Shown one piece after another: positions 37,107-46,972 of a stretch of 64,000 bases of DNA. A program made the translations under genes and the position numbers. Where the stretch lies: contig CP129478.1 in assembly GCA_030583845.1 (NCBI GenBank), positions 971,686 to 1,035,685 of the forward strand, read 5' to 3'. The notes below the pieces were generated by a model that was not told where the DNA came from, did no database searches, and worked only from the letters and a program-made list of their open reading frames with translations. Every line of letters begins with the position of its first letter. Within the stretch, counting starts at the first letter, position 1. Source of the DNA: Candidatus Dojkabacteria bacterium (GTDB lineage Bacteria; Patescibacteriota; Dojkabacteria; SC72; JAHDCA01).

Positions 37107-39059
37107 CTAACTGTTTTTCCATTTAGCACGTCTAGCCGATTTAATGAAGGTAATTATCATTATAGTCGTAATCAAAGCCGCGTAGATTGCAAGCAGCTGT
37201 CTAAGGTCACTCCCGGTGGCTACGAGCTCGCCGCTAGTCCCACCACTAGCGTTTCCACTACCGCTGCTGCCGCTGTTTGCACCTCCACTATCGCCGCTAC
37301 CGCTATCCCCGCCGCCACTATCTCCACCACCGTCATCTCCTCCGCCAGTTGATGCAGAGAGGGCAGGCAATGATACGCCTCCGGTGCCTGTTAATCCTGT
37401 TACTCGCCAATACTGATTAGAGTTAATAGTCACAATGTCTGTATCTGAATCAACCTCAAATTTCTCTATTCCACCTGAGCAATCAGGCTCGACATCCTCA
37501 AGCGACATAGCATTTGGGCAGATCATTACGGAGGTTTGCTCAGCTGTTTTGGGTACATACAGATCAAATGTACCGTAGCTGCCTGGTGCAGCAGCTAAGT
37601 TGTGCACAAATGACTTATTTAATTCTATATCGACTGCGCCGGACACAGTAGCCCAATCTCTGCTTGCGACTAGATCTATGACTAGATCTGCAAGCGGTAT
37701 GTCAGCGTTAGTTAGGAGGCGACTTACTCTATAATATCCTGTGTGCTGATGGCTCGGGTTTTCAAGATTGCTGCTATTAGCCAGATCAATCGCGTTGAGA
37801 TCGCTAGCGAGGTTCAAAATCTGCACAACATCCCCATTATCAATATCAATCATCCACACACTACCCGCTGTACCTCGCTCACCAAGTACAATAGCGTTCT
37901 GTGCAGCCCAGTATCCGATAGAGATGAAGCTTCTGTCAGCATCGTAAAGCTCATCCCAATGCTCGAGGTCACTGCTACGCATCACCCTTCCTCCGCGCTC
38001 AATGGTGTAAAGAAATCCATCGTTAGCTACCACGAACTGATTGTAATTCCTAAATGTAGGAACAGCCACATCCGCATAGCCAATATCAAAATCAAGCGTG
38101 TAAGTATCATAGCTGTTATCAGGATTAATGCCGTAAATCGTGCTGTCGTCATAGCCAAGAATAAGCAGCTGTCCGTTAAACTCGACAAAGTGGGTGCGAT
38201 GAATCTCGGTAGGAAGGGTAATTGTAGTCCAATTAGCACCATTATTATTACTGTACTGAAGGTATGGCTGGTATAAAGTAGAGTCACTACTTGAAAGAGT
38301 GTAAAGTCTGCCAGCAAATTCAGCGACGTCAAAGTTTCTATACGGCCCAGCCGGTCCAAGCGTTTCCCATACAGATCCGCCATTTGTGCTTCTAAAGATC
38401 TCGCCGTAACATGTCGTGCCAAGTACACATGTGCCAGTTTGATTATTATGTGTCCCGTCCTGCGAGCCGGTTGCTGAATAGAGCGTCCCATCGGCAGCAC
38501 GACTTATTGAGAATGTATGAATTACACCATCAAGTCCGCTAGTCTCACGATATTTAGTGAGGCTGTCACCATCAGTTATATATACATTTCCCCATTCCCA
38601 TAGCTGTGGAGGCGTACCTGTAGGCCATGGGGCAGGATCTGAACCCGCTATAACCACACTACTCCCAGTACTCACCATGTCGACAAAGCCCTGCTCGTTT
38701 AATAAGCCAATATTTGTGACTGTAGATCCATCGTACTTCACTAGCATTGAGCCGCTGGACTCAGCTGGTCTGGCGCGTCCAATACCTATAAGCAACTCGC
38801 CGTTTAGCTCTTCAAAGGCGTATGCACCAAAATGGTTAGCATTTCCGGCAGTGCCGCTTTCAGTTAGGAAAAAATTTGCCCAGTTAAAGCTTGGGGAGAG
38901 CTCCTCGAAGTTCTCATTAATGCCAGCCTCTGCAGATTTGGTTAGCTTCGACGAACTATTTACAAATAACATGCCAAACGAAGTAAGCAGAAGGAGTAGG
39001 GCGGCAGCAAGTTTTAGCTTATTTTGCATGTTGTAGCAGTGTATATTTACTTTGATCAT
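37107..39059 (-). CDS. Secreted BNR/Asp-box repeat surface protein with a Gly/Ser/Asp-rich linker and a C-terminal sorting-signal-like tail
   Basis: Signal peptide, Asp-boxes 'STNGGSVWE' and 'SNNNGANWT', a low-complexity (GGDSGG)n region, and C-terminal 'ELVATGS'+TM+'RRAKWK'. Confidence 0.6.
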   Translation of the reverse strand: MIKVNIHCYNMQNKLKLAAALLLLLTSFGMLFVNSSSKLTKSAEAGINENFEELSPSFNWANFFLTESGTAGNANHFGAYAFEELNGELLIGIGRARPAESSGSMLVKYDGSTVTNIGLLNEQGFVDMVSTGSSVVIAGSDPAPWPTGTPPQLWEWGNVYITDGDSLTKYRETSGLDGVIHTFSISRAADGTLYSATGSQDGTHNNQTGTCVLGTTCYGEIFRSTNGGSVWETLGPAGPYRNFDVAEFAGRLYTLSSSDSTLYQPYLQYSNNNGANWTTITLPTEIHRTHFVEFNGQLLILGYDDSTIYGINPDNSYDTYTLDFDIGYADVAVPTFRNYNQFVVANDGFLYTIERGGRVMRSSDLEHWDELYDADRSFISIGYWAAQNAIVLGERGTAGSVWMIDIDNGDVVQILNLASDLNAIDLANSSNLENPSHQHTGYYRVSRLLTNADIPLADLVIDLVASRDWATVSGAVDIELNKSFVHNLAAAPGSYGTFDLYVPKTAEQTSVMICPNAMSLEDVEPDCSGGIEKFEVDSDTDIVTINSNQYWRVTGLTGTGGVSLPALSASTGGGDDGGGDSGGGDSGSGDSGGANSGSSGSGNASGGTSGELVATGSDLRQLLAIYAALITTIMIITFIKSARRAKWKNS

Positions 39060-39122
39060 ACTACCCTTTGATTTGATGCTGGGTCAAGTTGGCTTGAGCT
39101 ACAAGTATGGTGTTTGCAGTAG

Positions 39123-39665
39123 TTAGTCTAGAATCGGATGGTAGCTATGCTGACGATGCGATAGATTATCAGCTCCGTATACAATTACATTGTATGGACC
39201 TGGTTTACTTAACCCCCAAGAGATAGTTATGGTAGAGCCAGCAAGGTTAAGATCAATATCAGGTGGAGGGTTTATGCAAACAAGCCCACCACCTTCAGGC
39301 GGATTGATGAAGGCGACAGGCTCAAGATTGCCCTGCTGGCCTACTATATACTCAGTACCATCTGGCAAAGAAACAACAATTTCCTCAATCCAGAGTGAAG
39401 CGCGATTTGTTCCTACTATGGCAAGCTTAAACGGGTAATTGTTATTTATTTCGACCTCTACTCCCCAAGGATGTGTCTCGATCTCGGGTAACGGCTGATC
39501 GAGCTCATACTCATGTCCTATTCCCGCACCGAAACTTCTCGCACAGTAGCCAGTATCATAGGGTGGGGGAGTGACAGTACTTTTTGCGGGCTCGGATCTG
39601 CAGCTAGCTAGAAACATAGTTGTGGCTAGTAGTGCACTCAAGCCAAAATTACCCTTTTTCATCAC
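39123..39665 (-). CDS. Putative lipoprotein
   Basis: Lipobox 'FLASC' after the signal peptide. Confidence 0.5.
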   Translation of the reverse strand: MMKKGNFGLSALLATTMFLASCRSEPAKSTVTPPPYDTGYCARSFGAGIGHEYELDQPLPEIETHPWGVEVEINNNYPFKLAIVGTNRASLWIEEIVVSLPDGTEYIVGQQGNLEPVAFINPPEGGGLVCINPPPDIDLNLAGSTITISWGLSKPGPYNVIVYGADNLSHRQHSYHPILD

Positions 39666-39747
39666 CCATTATACTATAAGGTATCCGCCGAGCCAGAATA
39701 GCTAATCGTAACCGCCCTTACATAAATGCGACTGCTATAATTGAGCC

Positions 39748-40065
39748 ATGAAATACTTCGAGCAGGTATATGAGGTAGTAAACAGAATCCCAGAGGGCAA
39801 AGTGGCCACATATGGTCAGGTTGCCTCAATCTTGGGCAATCCTAGAGCCGCACGAGTGGTTGGTTACGCGCTTAGACTGCTCACAGATGAGGAGAGACAG
39901 ATACCGTGGTGGCGAGTAGTAAATGCGAAGGGATTTCTCTCGATCGATCATGGGCATGGTGGGTTTGAGAAGGTGCTTCAGGCAGATCTATTGAGGGATG
40001 AGGGGGTCAAGGTGGATGATCAGTTTATTCTGGAGCTAGAGAGCTATCTGTGGGATGGGAGGTAG
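39748..40065 (+). CDS. Alkyltransferase-like protein (ATL; O6-alkylguanine-DNA alkyltransferase DNA-binding domain with Cys replaced by Trp)
   Basis: 'YGQVASILGNPRAARVVGYAL' HTH and 'IPWWRVVN' in place of the 'PCHRV' active site. Confidence 0.7.
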   Translation: MKYFEQVYEVVNRIPEGKVATYGQVASILGNPRAARVVGYALRLLTDEERQIPWWRVVNAKGFLSIDHGHGGFEKVLQADLLRDEGVKVDDQFILELESYLWDGR

Positions 40066-40083
40066 CTATTTCCGCTAGGGTGG

Positions 40084-40677
40084 GTGTATACTGGCCGCGT
40101 GAACCTTCCGTTTTTGAGCAGTGCTGGACATGGTGGAAGTGGGGTTCCAGAACATGGAGTAGACACAAGAGAACAACTGAAAATAGATCTTATGTCGGCC
40201 ATTCAGGAGATAATTGCTCGTAGCCATCAGAAAGGTAACTATTATGATGGTGAAGTAGATGATCAATGCTTCTTGCAATGGGCGATTGCAGAAAATCCAT
40301 TTATGGATCAGGATTCTTATTGCCGGTACGAAGCTAGAGCCAAATGGAAAGGATATGCTCAACAGCTTCGTAATGGTGAGCTGCGTACCAGAGATGAGCT
40401 TCTTGATTTTGTTAAGCTTACCTTTCAGAGAGAGGTAAGATGTCTTTTACTGACTTCAAGCCATGTGGATATAGTGAATGGAGAGTCAACCAACTTTGAG
40501 GGTAATCCAGCGCTTCAGGATGGTGGAAGCATAGAATGGTTGATCGGTATTTATTGTGCGGTGCACAGGAGGGATTTTTGTGAATTGCTTTACGCTATGG
40601 ATAATCCACCGATGGCACTTTTTAGAACGAATGGGGCTCACTCAGCTTTTATAATGCTATACAGTGGACTTAGGTAG
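40084..40677 (+). CDS. Hypothetical protein
   Basis: 197-aa ORF; preferred over the overlapping minus ORF 40075-40362 by length and composition. Confidence 0.4.
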   Translation: MYTGRVNLPFLSSAGHGGSGVPEHGVDTREQLKIDLMSAIQEIIARSHQKGNYYDGEVDDQCFLQWAIAENPFMDQDSYCRYEARAKWKGYAQQLRNGELRTRDELLDFVKLTFQREVRCLLLTSSHVDIVNGESTNFEGNPALQDGGSIEWLIGIYCAVHRRDFCELLYAMDNPPMALFRTNGAHSAFIMLYSGLR

Positions 40678-41241
40678 AAGATTGTTCTGTAAAGCAATCT
40701 TGTCTGAATAGAGATCCCGCAGTCTGTTAGTAGCTTTTGACAGAGTTGAGCTAACCGATTTCTCCCGTATACTCAAAGCCTCAGAAATCTCTTTATTTGA
40801 GAGCTCCATTCCGTAACGCATAAAGAAAATCTCTCTCTCCCTATAAGACAGCACCTCAGCCAGCTTGCGTACTTCGCGAACAAATTCCTCTATCTCAACC
40901 TGAGCCTCCACTTCGTCACCTTCAAGTGCCAGTTCAGCCTCACTCATATCAATACTCTCAATCTCCTTCATTCTGTATCTATCCGTAAGCCGATTTGCAG
41001 CAATCTTATACAACCATGTCACGAATGAAGCTCGACGATAGTCGTACTCATGAATCTTCTCAAGAAGCGTTACGTACACTTCTGAAAGAAGATCCTCACA
41101 GGTATCCCTATCTCCGCATTTCCAATAGAGATACCTAAATAGCTTGTCGTAAGTCTCTTCGTAAAGGCGTCCAAACGACTCTTTATCATTAGCAGCTTCG
41201 ACAGCAAGCTTATCAAGCTCAGTTACAGTTCGTCTGTTCAT
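40657..41241 (-). CDS. Sigma-70 family (ECF-like) sigma factor
   Basis: Region 2 'LLSEVYVTLLEKIHEYD' and region 4 'LSYREREIFFMRYGMELSNKEISEALSIREKSVSSTLSKATNRL'. Confidence 0.8.
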   Translation of the reverse strand: MNRRTVTELDKLAVEAANDKESFGRLYEETYDKLFRYLYWKCGDRDTCEDLLSEVYVTLLEKIHEYDYRRASFVTWLYKIAANRLTDRYRMKEIESIDMSEAELALEGDEVEAQVEIEEFVREVRKLAEVLSYREREIFFMRYGMELSNKEISEALSIREKSVSSTLSKATNRLRDLYSDKIALQNNLLPKSTV

Positions 41242-41249
41242 GATTCTAT

Positions 41250-42197
41250 CTAGTTTTGTTCAAGATAAGTTATCAGGTCGGACATCGGTTTGTCGGTTTT
41301 CTGCACGAGTGTTCCATCTTCTAGTCTTCTAAGAGTTAAGAAGTTGCCTTGCGTCCAACTGAGCTCAAGAAAATACCAAACACCGTCAATTTCTATATCA
41401 TACATATATATATCTTCATAAAAACTATCTGGTACTGGTCTGTCTAGATATGCATTCCACCCTTCGTGATTCCTCACATATCCACCCTGATTAATTAGTG
41501 AGTCGAGCTCCGCTACTGTGTGGGCTGTGTCTCTGTACACAGAGTTGGACAAAGTGCCACCTCTTGAATCCATATTATCTTTGACAAATTCTTCACCAAA
41601 ATACAGATCTAGAAATATCCCCGATTCCAACCAATCCATATTAACTGTAGATACAGCCCAATATTCTGCGCCATTCTCATCGTACTCTCTGGTAATATCG
41701 ACAAGATGGCCGGTATCTGGCAATGAGTATATGTATCTATCATCTGAACTCGATATAAGCTCTCCACCCATGTCTTTGATAATTTCCTGCGCACTTTCTT
41801 CATCAAAGTTACTACCAGAGAATCCAGGTCCGTCTGTGCCTTCATAATAAAGTAGCTTCACCTCCATGCCATATTTGTTGGTAGTCTTACTGCTGCCTAT
41901 ATAACAGTCGATGTTGATACCACACTCTGCAACTGCTTCAATCACTCCTTTATTGTTGAGGAAAAACATAAGGATTGAGGCGACTAGAACGAAAACGAGC
42001 ACTGTTACCGTCTTGAAACTCGCCAATTTGAGGAAGAGATGCCGAGGTTCATGCACTTGGGACGCATTAGTTCTAATTAAGTCGTCATAGCTAGCGAGAA
42101 GCTGATTCTTAAGCCTCTCTTTCAGGCCTTCATTAGTAAGGCTATCAAGAGAGTTTAATTTGTTTAGAAAATCATTCTGCTCCATATTTTTCCGCAT
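41250..42197 (-). CDS. Putative membrane anti-sigma factor (single TM, extracytoplasmic domain)
   Basis: Immediately downstream of the sigma gene; TM at about aa 62-82. Confidence 0.45.
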   Translation of the reverse strand: MRKNMEQNDFLNKLNSLDSLTNEGLKERLKNQLLASYDDLIRTNASQVHEPRHLFLKLASFKTVTVLVFVLVASILMFFLNNKGVIEAVAECGINIDCYIGSSKTTNKYGMEVKLLYYEGTDGPGFSGSNFDEESAQEIIKDMGGELISSSDDRYIYSLPDTGHLVDITREYDENGAEYWAVSTVNMDWLESGIFLDLYFGEEFVKDNMDSRGGTLSNSVYRDTAHTVAELDSLINQGGYVRNHEGWNAYLDRPVPDSFYEDIYMYDIEIDGVWYFLELSWTQGNFLTLRRLEDGTLVQKTDKPMSDLITYLEQN

Positions 42198-42325
42198 TTA
42201 TAAGCTTAGTTACTATTATATACGGATTTAGGTCATAAAATACGGCAAAAGAGGTTTAAATCTCTAGCAGAGTCAGCTTCATATAATGTATAATCCGACC
42301 GACTAAATTCTTTATAACCTTACAA

Positions 42326-42871
42326 ATGTTTCACCAAGTTCCTGTACTAAAACACGACCAGCTTATGGAAAGCTTCGAAACAGGCTCTGCCCGCCAATAT
42401 TTAGCAAAATATTTCTTAAAACTTCCCCTCGAATCTCTTGAGACGACAGGACAATATCTGTATGAAGTAGCGCTGAGGCTTCCTGATGCTGTTCACGCTC
42501 TATCCCTACAGCCATATGACAAGAGGACAGGTATTGGAGTAATGGGTGGAAAGGAGACTGATCTGCGGTCGCTACTTTATGATCATTATTGTAGCAACCA
42601 TCTATCGAGATCGCTAATTGTAACGATGCAGCAGGCACACGAGGCAGGGTTGAATATGTATGCACCAATATTTCCCATTAATGGCCAAGATTCTGCGGGA
42701 CTTTGCCGCATAGATACATATAATGAATGGGATTTCGCATTTTTAAACCCATTTTCGCCTGTGGTGATGAACCGACCACAGTTAGGTGAGGGGATGAGGT
42801 GGGAGCGACAAGAGGGGGTTGAGCTGTTCCCGATAGCCTATCCATTCAATGATCTGGCAATGACGAGGTAA
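42326..42871 (+). CDS. Hypothetical protein
   Basis: 181-aa ORF, no motif. Confidence 0.45.
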   Translation: MFHQVPVLKHDQLMESFETGSARQYLAKYFLKLPLESLETTGQYLYEVALRLPDAVHALSLQPYDKRTGIGVMGGKETDLRSLLYDHYCSNHLSRSLIVTMQQAHEAGLNMYAPIFPINGQDSAGLCRIDTYNEWDFAFLNPFSPVVMNRPQLGEGMRWERQEGVELFPIAYPFNDLAMTR

Positions 42872-42944
42872 TGGTGTAGAGTTGGAGTTTGCGCGGTGAG
42901 ATAGTATAATTGTGTGCCGCTTATGTTGTGTAAGTGTTGTTTGT

Positions 42945-43022
42945 GGTGGATGTAGCTCAATTGGTTAGAGCATCGGTTTGTGGAACCGAGGGTTGTGGGT
43001 TCAAGCCCCATCTTCCACCCCA
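42945..43022 (+). tRNA. tRNA-His (anticodon GTG) with genomically encoded G-1
   Basis: G-1 + GTGGATG acceptor, anticodon loop TTGTGGA, T-arm GTGGGTTCAAGCCCCAT, discriminator C73 pairing with G-1, and CCA. Confidence 0.85.
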
Positions 43023-43050
43023 TTCGTGACTCTTGGCAGAATTGAAGATA
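43015..43050. repeat. Direct repeat copy 1, overlapping the last 8 nt of tRNA-His; putative attL-like islet boundary
   Basis: 'ccaccccattcgtgactcttggcagaattgaagata' versus 47671-47702 'ccacattcgtgactcttagcgaattcgaatat' (13-mer exact core, about 26/32 overall). Confidence 0.5.
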
Positions 43051-43295
43051 GAATCAAACGGTTTTATCCAGTCATAACGCAGTTTTCCATCCTTGATAGA
43101 TAGGTTCTGAAGTGTAAGTGTGATAAGTTGTCGTTTCTGATCAGGTTCAGAACCCATAAATAGCTCATGACTTCTTGAAGCTAGGTTTAATAGCATTGCA
43201 GAGGTAATATAGTACTCTTCGTCTGCTTGGCTTATTAAGTTAAGCCTGTCTTCATTGTTTTTTCTGTTTAGTCCATTTAGCTCGTAAATTGTCAT
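43023..43295 (-). CDS. Hypothetical protein (islet-internal). The ORF-track model runs 66 nt into tRNA-His, so the true C-terminus is uncertain.
   Basis: 112-aa ORF whose last 22 codons are the tRNA-His complement. Confidence 0.25.
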
Positions 43296-43386
43296 ATTGG
43301 TCTGGAGTAGTACCCTTCACCCATTAACTTTTCTAATTCTTCTTTAATAGTTGATATGTTCATAGAATAAAATTTACCCCAAAATA

Positions 43387-45678
43387 CTAAAGTGATACCT
43401 CAACTTCTTGTCGGATAATCTGTTCAAGTTGAGCTGAGTTTTCTAAAATTGATTGTACATCAATATTCTCACTTGGGTCACTGACTGATAATATCCAACA
43501 ATAATTTTGCTCTATCGTTGTATCGTCATCTTCTGTTGTTAACTGAGTTATAACCTCAATCTTGCCTGCTGGAAATTTATTTCTAAAAGTCTCTGAATGT
43601 ATTAAGGAGAATTTCTTCCCATTTACTTTCTTTCTCCCTTTTAATTTGGATAAGTAAGATATTTTTTCTTCACCTGACGGTAAGACCTTAATTAAACGAA
43701 CATTCGCTTCAAGGCTGTGGCGATTATAACTATCTACATAAGCATTATTCACTGGTGGGTTGTAAACGCATGTAAATGTTATTTGAAGTTTTTTATCAAT
43801 TAATTCATTCGGGATATCTACTAAAACTCTATGCTTTTTGAAAGAACCTTTAATTGTGTCTGCATAGAGAATATTTACGTTTGATGAATTTGAAGATAAT
43901 AGCTTTGCAATATTGGGTGTACCCATACCTAAGAATTTTTGCATATTCCCCGTAGGCTGTTGTATAGGCATCTCAGCAGAGTGTATAAGCATCGCTTTTA
44001 TTGTATTAGCATAGTTATTTGTTAATTCTAGGTGCTCGTTGATGTCTGAATTATGTAAATAATCTAATGCAAATATGGCTTCTCTAGTGACTAAAGGTGT
44101 GCTGAAGCTTGTTCCGTTGTCTTTTTCAATTTTGTCCCCTACAATGCCCTCAACACCGTAGTTTCTCTTTGACTGTTCAAGATTATTATCCATACAAATC
44201 TCACCACCATGTGCGACTAACTCTGGCTTAATAATGTAATCTCTATTATGCCCTCCTCGACTGAATGGTGAAGGGGCACCATTCACTGGGCTCCACGTTG
44301 TATCATCAGTAATTTCAGCTACGGAACCGACTGTTAGCATATTAATTGCATCACTTGGGGATGCTATTTCAATACCATTTGAGCTGATAATTTCATCATA
44401 AGTCGAATATCCCAAATAGGAATCGTGGTTTCCTGAGCTTCCTATAAATAAGACATCATATTTTCTCGAATAATAATCTATTAATACAGTTATTGGATGT
44501 ATTTTCCTGCTCTCAATGGGTAATTTATTATTAATGGATAAATTATAGATTTTAACTTTTGGATATTTACCTAATGACTTTTCTATAACATCGGCTAAAG
44601 AAAATAAATCTTCTATTTCTGGTGCACCGTCAGCTCCTTGGTATAAAACCTGTAAGTTCAGAATTTGAGCAATTGGAGTTAGAGTTGAACTAGTTAATAG
44701 CGAAGTAATATTTCCCCCATATAATATTCTGCTTGCAACAAAAGTGCCGTGCGATGTATCTTCCAATTTGTGACTGGGAATATATTTCTCAGTATGAAAT
44801 ACTGATGAACTGATAGCTTTAGAATTAATACCACTATCTATCAAGCCGATTATTTCATCTGTTTGAGGGGGAGTTATGCTTATTGAGTTAATATCGATTG
44901 AAGGTAAGCTTCTACTTGCCGTCATGGCTCCAAGAGGGTATATGTATGCTATATCATCCAATTTTGCGTCAGAAAGCATAGCCTCGACTTGAGACTTCGT
45001 AATTGATGCTAAAAAGTACATTTGATTATTTATAAAAAATTTCGCATCTACTTTCTGCAAGTCGTCACTATCTAATTTTTGTGCAATTGCATTAAAAAGC
45101 ACATCGTATTGTTCAAAGGGTATATATGAAGCCATCTCAATAATACATTCGATTTTTTGATTAGGAATTTGGGATAATTTCTGAAACAAGTGCGTATCAA
45201 TTCTTTCTGTTATTTTCCTGGAATAAACGCTTGCACCTGTGAATGCATATACTTCTCTGAATGCATTTCTATCAATTGTTCTAACATCATCTAATTTCTC
45301 TTTCGCTTTAATGTATGATGCTTCCTCTAGTGATTTTTTCAGAGTTGTTAAGGACGGCAATTCAGCACTTATTATGATTTTATTATCGGTGGACGACGAT
45401 ACTATCCGAATATTATTCATATCCCACAGTCTATGAGGTTTGCTTGTTTTCGATGCTGCTTTTTCATCAAGATTAACTTCAATATACCTTCGACTGGTAA
45501 TGGATGGTTCAGATTCGATACTACTATTAACAGCACTTGTTATTGTGTTCAAACGGTTTATATATCCTTCCTCTGTTATATAGTCATCGTTTTCCCAATG
45601 AGTTTCCCAGAAATCGCTCCCGTGCGCTTGTTTCGCTTCTTTAGTTGCTTTGTTTTTTAAGGTGTAAAGAATTTCCAT
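43387..45678 (-). CDS. Cytoplasmic subtilisin-like (S8) serine peptidase; IetS-like candidate
   Basis: Catalytic triad motifs 'IGLIDSGIN' (Asp), 'HGTFVASRI' (His) and 'GTSFSTPLV' (Ser). No signal peptide, and a large N-terminal non-protease region of about 270 aa. Confidence 0.8.
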   Translation of the reverse strand: MEILYTLKNKATKEAKQAHGSDFWETHWENDDYITEEGYINRLNTITSAVNSSIESEPSITSRRYIEVNLDEKAASKTSKPHRLWDMNNIRIVSSSTDNKIIISAELPSLTTLKKSLEEASYIKAKEKLDDVRTIDRNAFREVYAFTGASVYSRKITERIDTHLFQKLSQIPNQKIECIIEMASYIPFEQYDVLFNAIAQKLDSDDLQKVDAKFFINNQMYFLASITKSQVEAMLSDAKLDDIAYIYPLGAMTASRSLPSIDINSISITPPQTDEIIGLIDSGINSKAISSSVFHTEKYIPSHKLEDTSHGTFVASRILYGGNITSLLTSSTLTPIAQILNLQVLYQGADGAPEIEDLFSLADVIEKSLGKYPKVKIYNLSINNKLPIESRKIHPITVLIDYYSRKYDVLFIGSSGNHDSYLGYSTYDEIISSNGIEIASPSDAINMLTVGSVAEITDDTTWSPVNGAPSPFSRGGHNRDYIIKPELVAHGGEICMDNNLEQSKRNYGVEGIVGDKIEKDNGTSFSTPLVTREAIFALDYLHNSDINEHLELTNNYANTIKAMLIHSAEMPIQQPTGNMQKFLGMGTPNIAKLLSSNSSNVNILYADTIKGSFKKHRVLVDIPNELIDKKLQITFTCVYNPPVNNAYVDSYNRHSLEANVRLIKVLPSGEEKISYLSKLKGRKKVNGKKFSLIHSETFRNKFPAGKIEVITQLTTEDDDTTIEQNYCWILSVSDPSENIDVQSILENSAQLEQIIRQEVEVSL

Positions 45679-45684
45679 GTTATC

Positions 45685-46800
45685 TTATGATTTTATATTA
45701 TCAATGAGAGTTGTGTATGGAATACCTGTGCTTTCGGATATTTGTTGTTTTGTAAATCCTAAATTTGTTAATTCTTGAGCTATTTTGTAAGCATCATTTT
45801 TGTTCAGTATATTTTCCATCTGCAATACTAAAAAGAGTTCTTTTAGCGAGATTATTGTAATATTTTCACTATTTTCTGCTAGTGCTAGTTTTCGTTTAAT
45901 TCTTAAAGAGATTTGTTGTATTGCTGAGCCACTTAGCCCATCGCTATATTTAACGAGTAGTTTAAGAGGTAAGTCGTTAGTACTATTCGATAAGTATGTT
46001 TGAAATAACTGTCGTCTCTCTGATATAAGTGGTAATTTTAACTCTAACCGTGTTTCAAATCTTCTCCAGAGTGCTTTATCTAAGAGTGAGTCGTGGTTTG
46101 TCGCTCCAATTAATATCGAGGATTTAGGGAAGTTGTCTATATTTTGTAGAAGTACTGTCACGACTCTTTTTAATTCTCCAAGCTCTGATGAATCATCTCT
46201 GTGTTTAGCTATTGTATCAATTTCATCCAGAAAGATTATAACATTCTCGTTTTTCGCTATTTCAAATATGGAACGAATATTCTTACCTGTTTTACCTAAG
46301 TACGAGGAAACTATTTCGTCTAATCTTACTAATATTAAAGGAAGATTTAACTCGTTAGCTATTGCATTCGCAAGAATTGTCTTTCCTGTGCCTGGTGCTC
46401 CATAAAGTAATATTGAATTAGAAGGGTAAATGTTCTCTTTTTCAAGCTTGTCACGTGCTTTCCACTCTTGAAGCCAGCTATTAATAACTTTGTGAGTAAA
46501 CTTGTCTAAAGTTACATTTGAAATAGAGATTTTTGGTGTGTTACGTTCATATAGATTCTCGTTTTTATCAATTATAATGTTGGCTCTTGTTTTTTGTCCT
46601 GAGAAACTATCTAGGAGCATCATTTCTGAGCGTATCTTTTCCAAACGTTTAACTATTTTATAATGGCCCTTTGCTTTCGCTTCTTCAATTTCCTGAATTA
46701 TCATTTTATTGACAATATTAATATTGTTCTCGGAAGCTGCTTTAATAAATTTTTCTACGAAATCAACTTTAAAGGACATTTCCGTATTTGCATAATACAT
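45685..46800 (-). CDS. AAA+ ATPase (classic AAA clade); IetA-like candidate
   Basis: 'LLYGAPGTGKT', 'IIFLDEIDTI' and 'ILIGATNHDSLLDKALWRRFE'. It is 7 nt upstream of, and co-oriented with, the S8 peptidase. Confidence 0.8.
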   Translation of the reverse strand: MYYANTEMSFKVDFVEKFIKAASENNINIVNKMIIQEIEEAKAKGHYKIVKRLEKIRSEMMLLDSFSGQKTRANIIIDKNENLYERNTPKISISNVTLDKFTHKVINSWLQEWKARDKLEKENIYPSNSILLYGAPGTGKTILANAIANELNLPLILVRLDEIVSSYLGKTGKNIRSIFEIAKNENVIIFLDEIDTIAKHRDDSSELGELKRVVTVLLQNIDNFPKSSILIGATNHDSLLDKALWRRFETRLELKLPLISERRQLFQTYLSNSTNDLPLKLLVKYSDGLSGSAIQQISLRIKRKLALAENSENITIISLKELFLVLQMENILNKNDAYKIAQELTNLGFTKQQISESTGIPYTTLIDNIKS

Positions 46801-46972
46801 TACTATATAAGTATAGGTTACAACTATAATTACGAATATGCAAGTATATATAATTCCGTAATAAGTCGTTAGCTGGCAAATTGTCGAAAATTGTTCGCGC
46901 TGAGATTGAAGCTTATCTTCAGGTTTAAGAATGCGTCACACAAAGCACCCCAATAAATACTCCATACTCACC

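Noticed and set aside
38027-38500. 157-aa ORF on the same strand as the BNR surface protein gene but in another frame, plus 177-aa plus-strand ORF 37743-38276
   Set aside because: Both are contained within or opposite the well-supported 650-aa CDS.
40075-40362. 95-aa minus-strand ORF
   Set aside because: Overlaps the longer, better plus-strand ORF 40084-40677.
42957-43022. C-terminal 22 codons of ORF 42957-43295
   Set aside because: They are the reverse complement of tRNA-His, so the ORF-track model over-extends. The feature is kept only from 43023 at low confidence.
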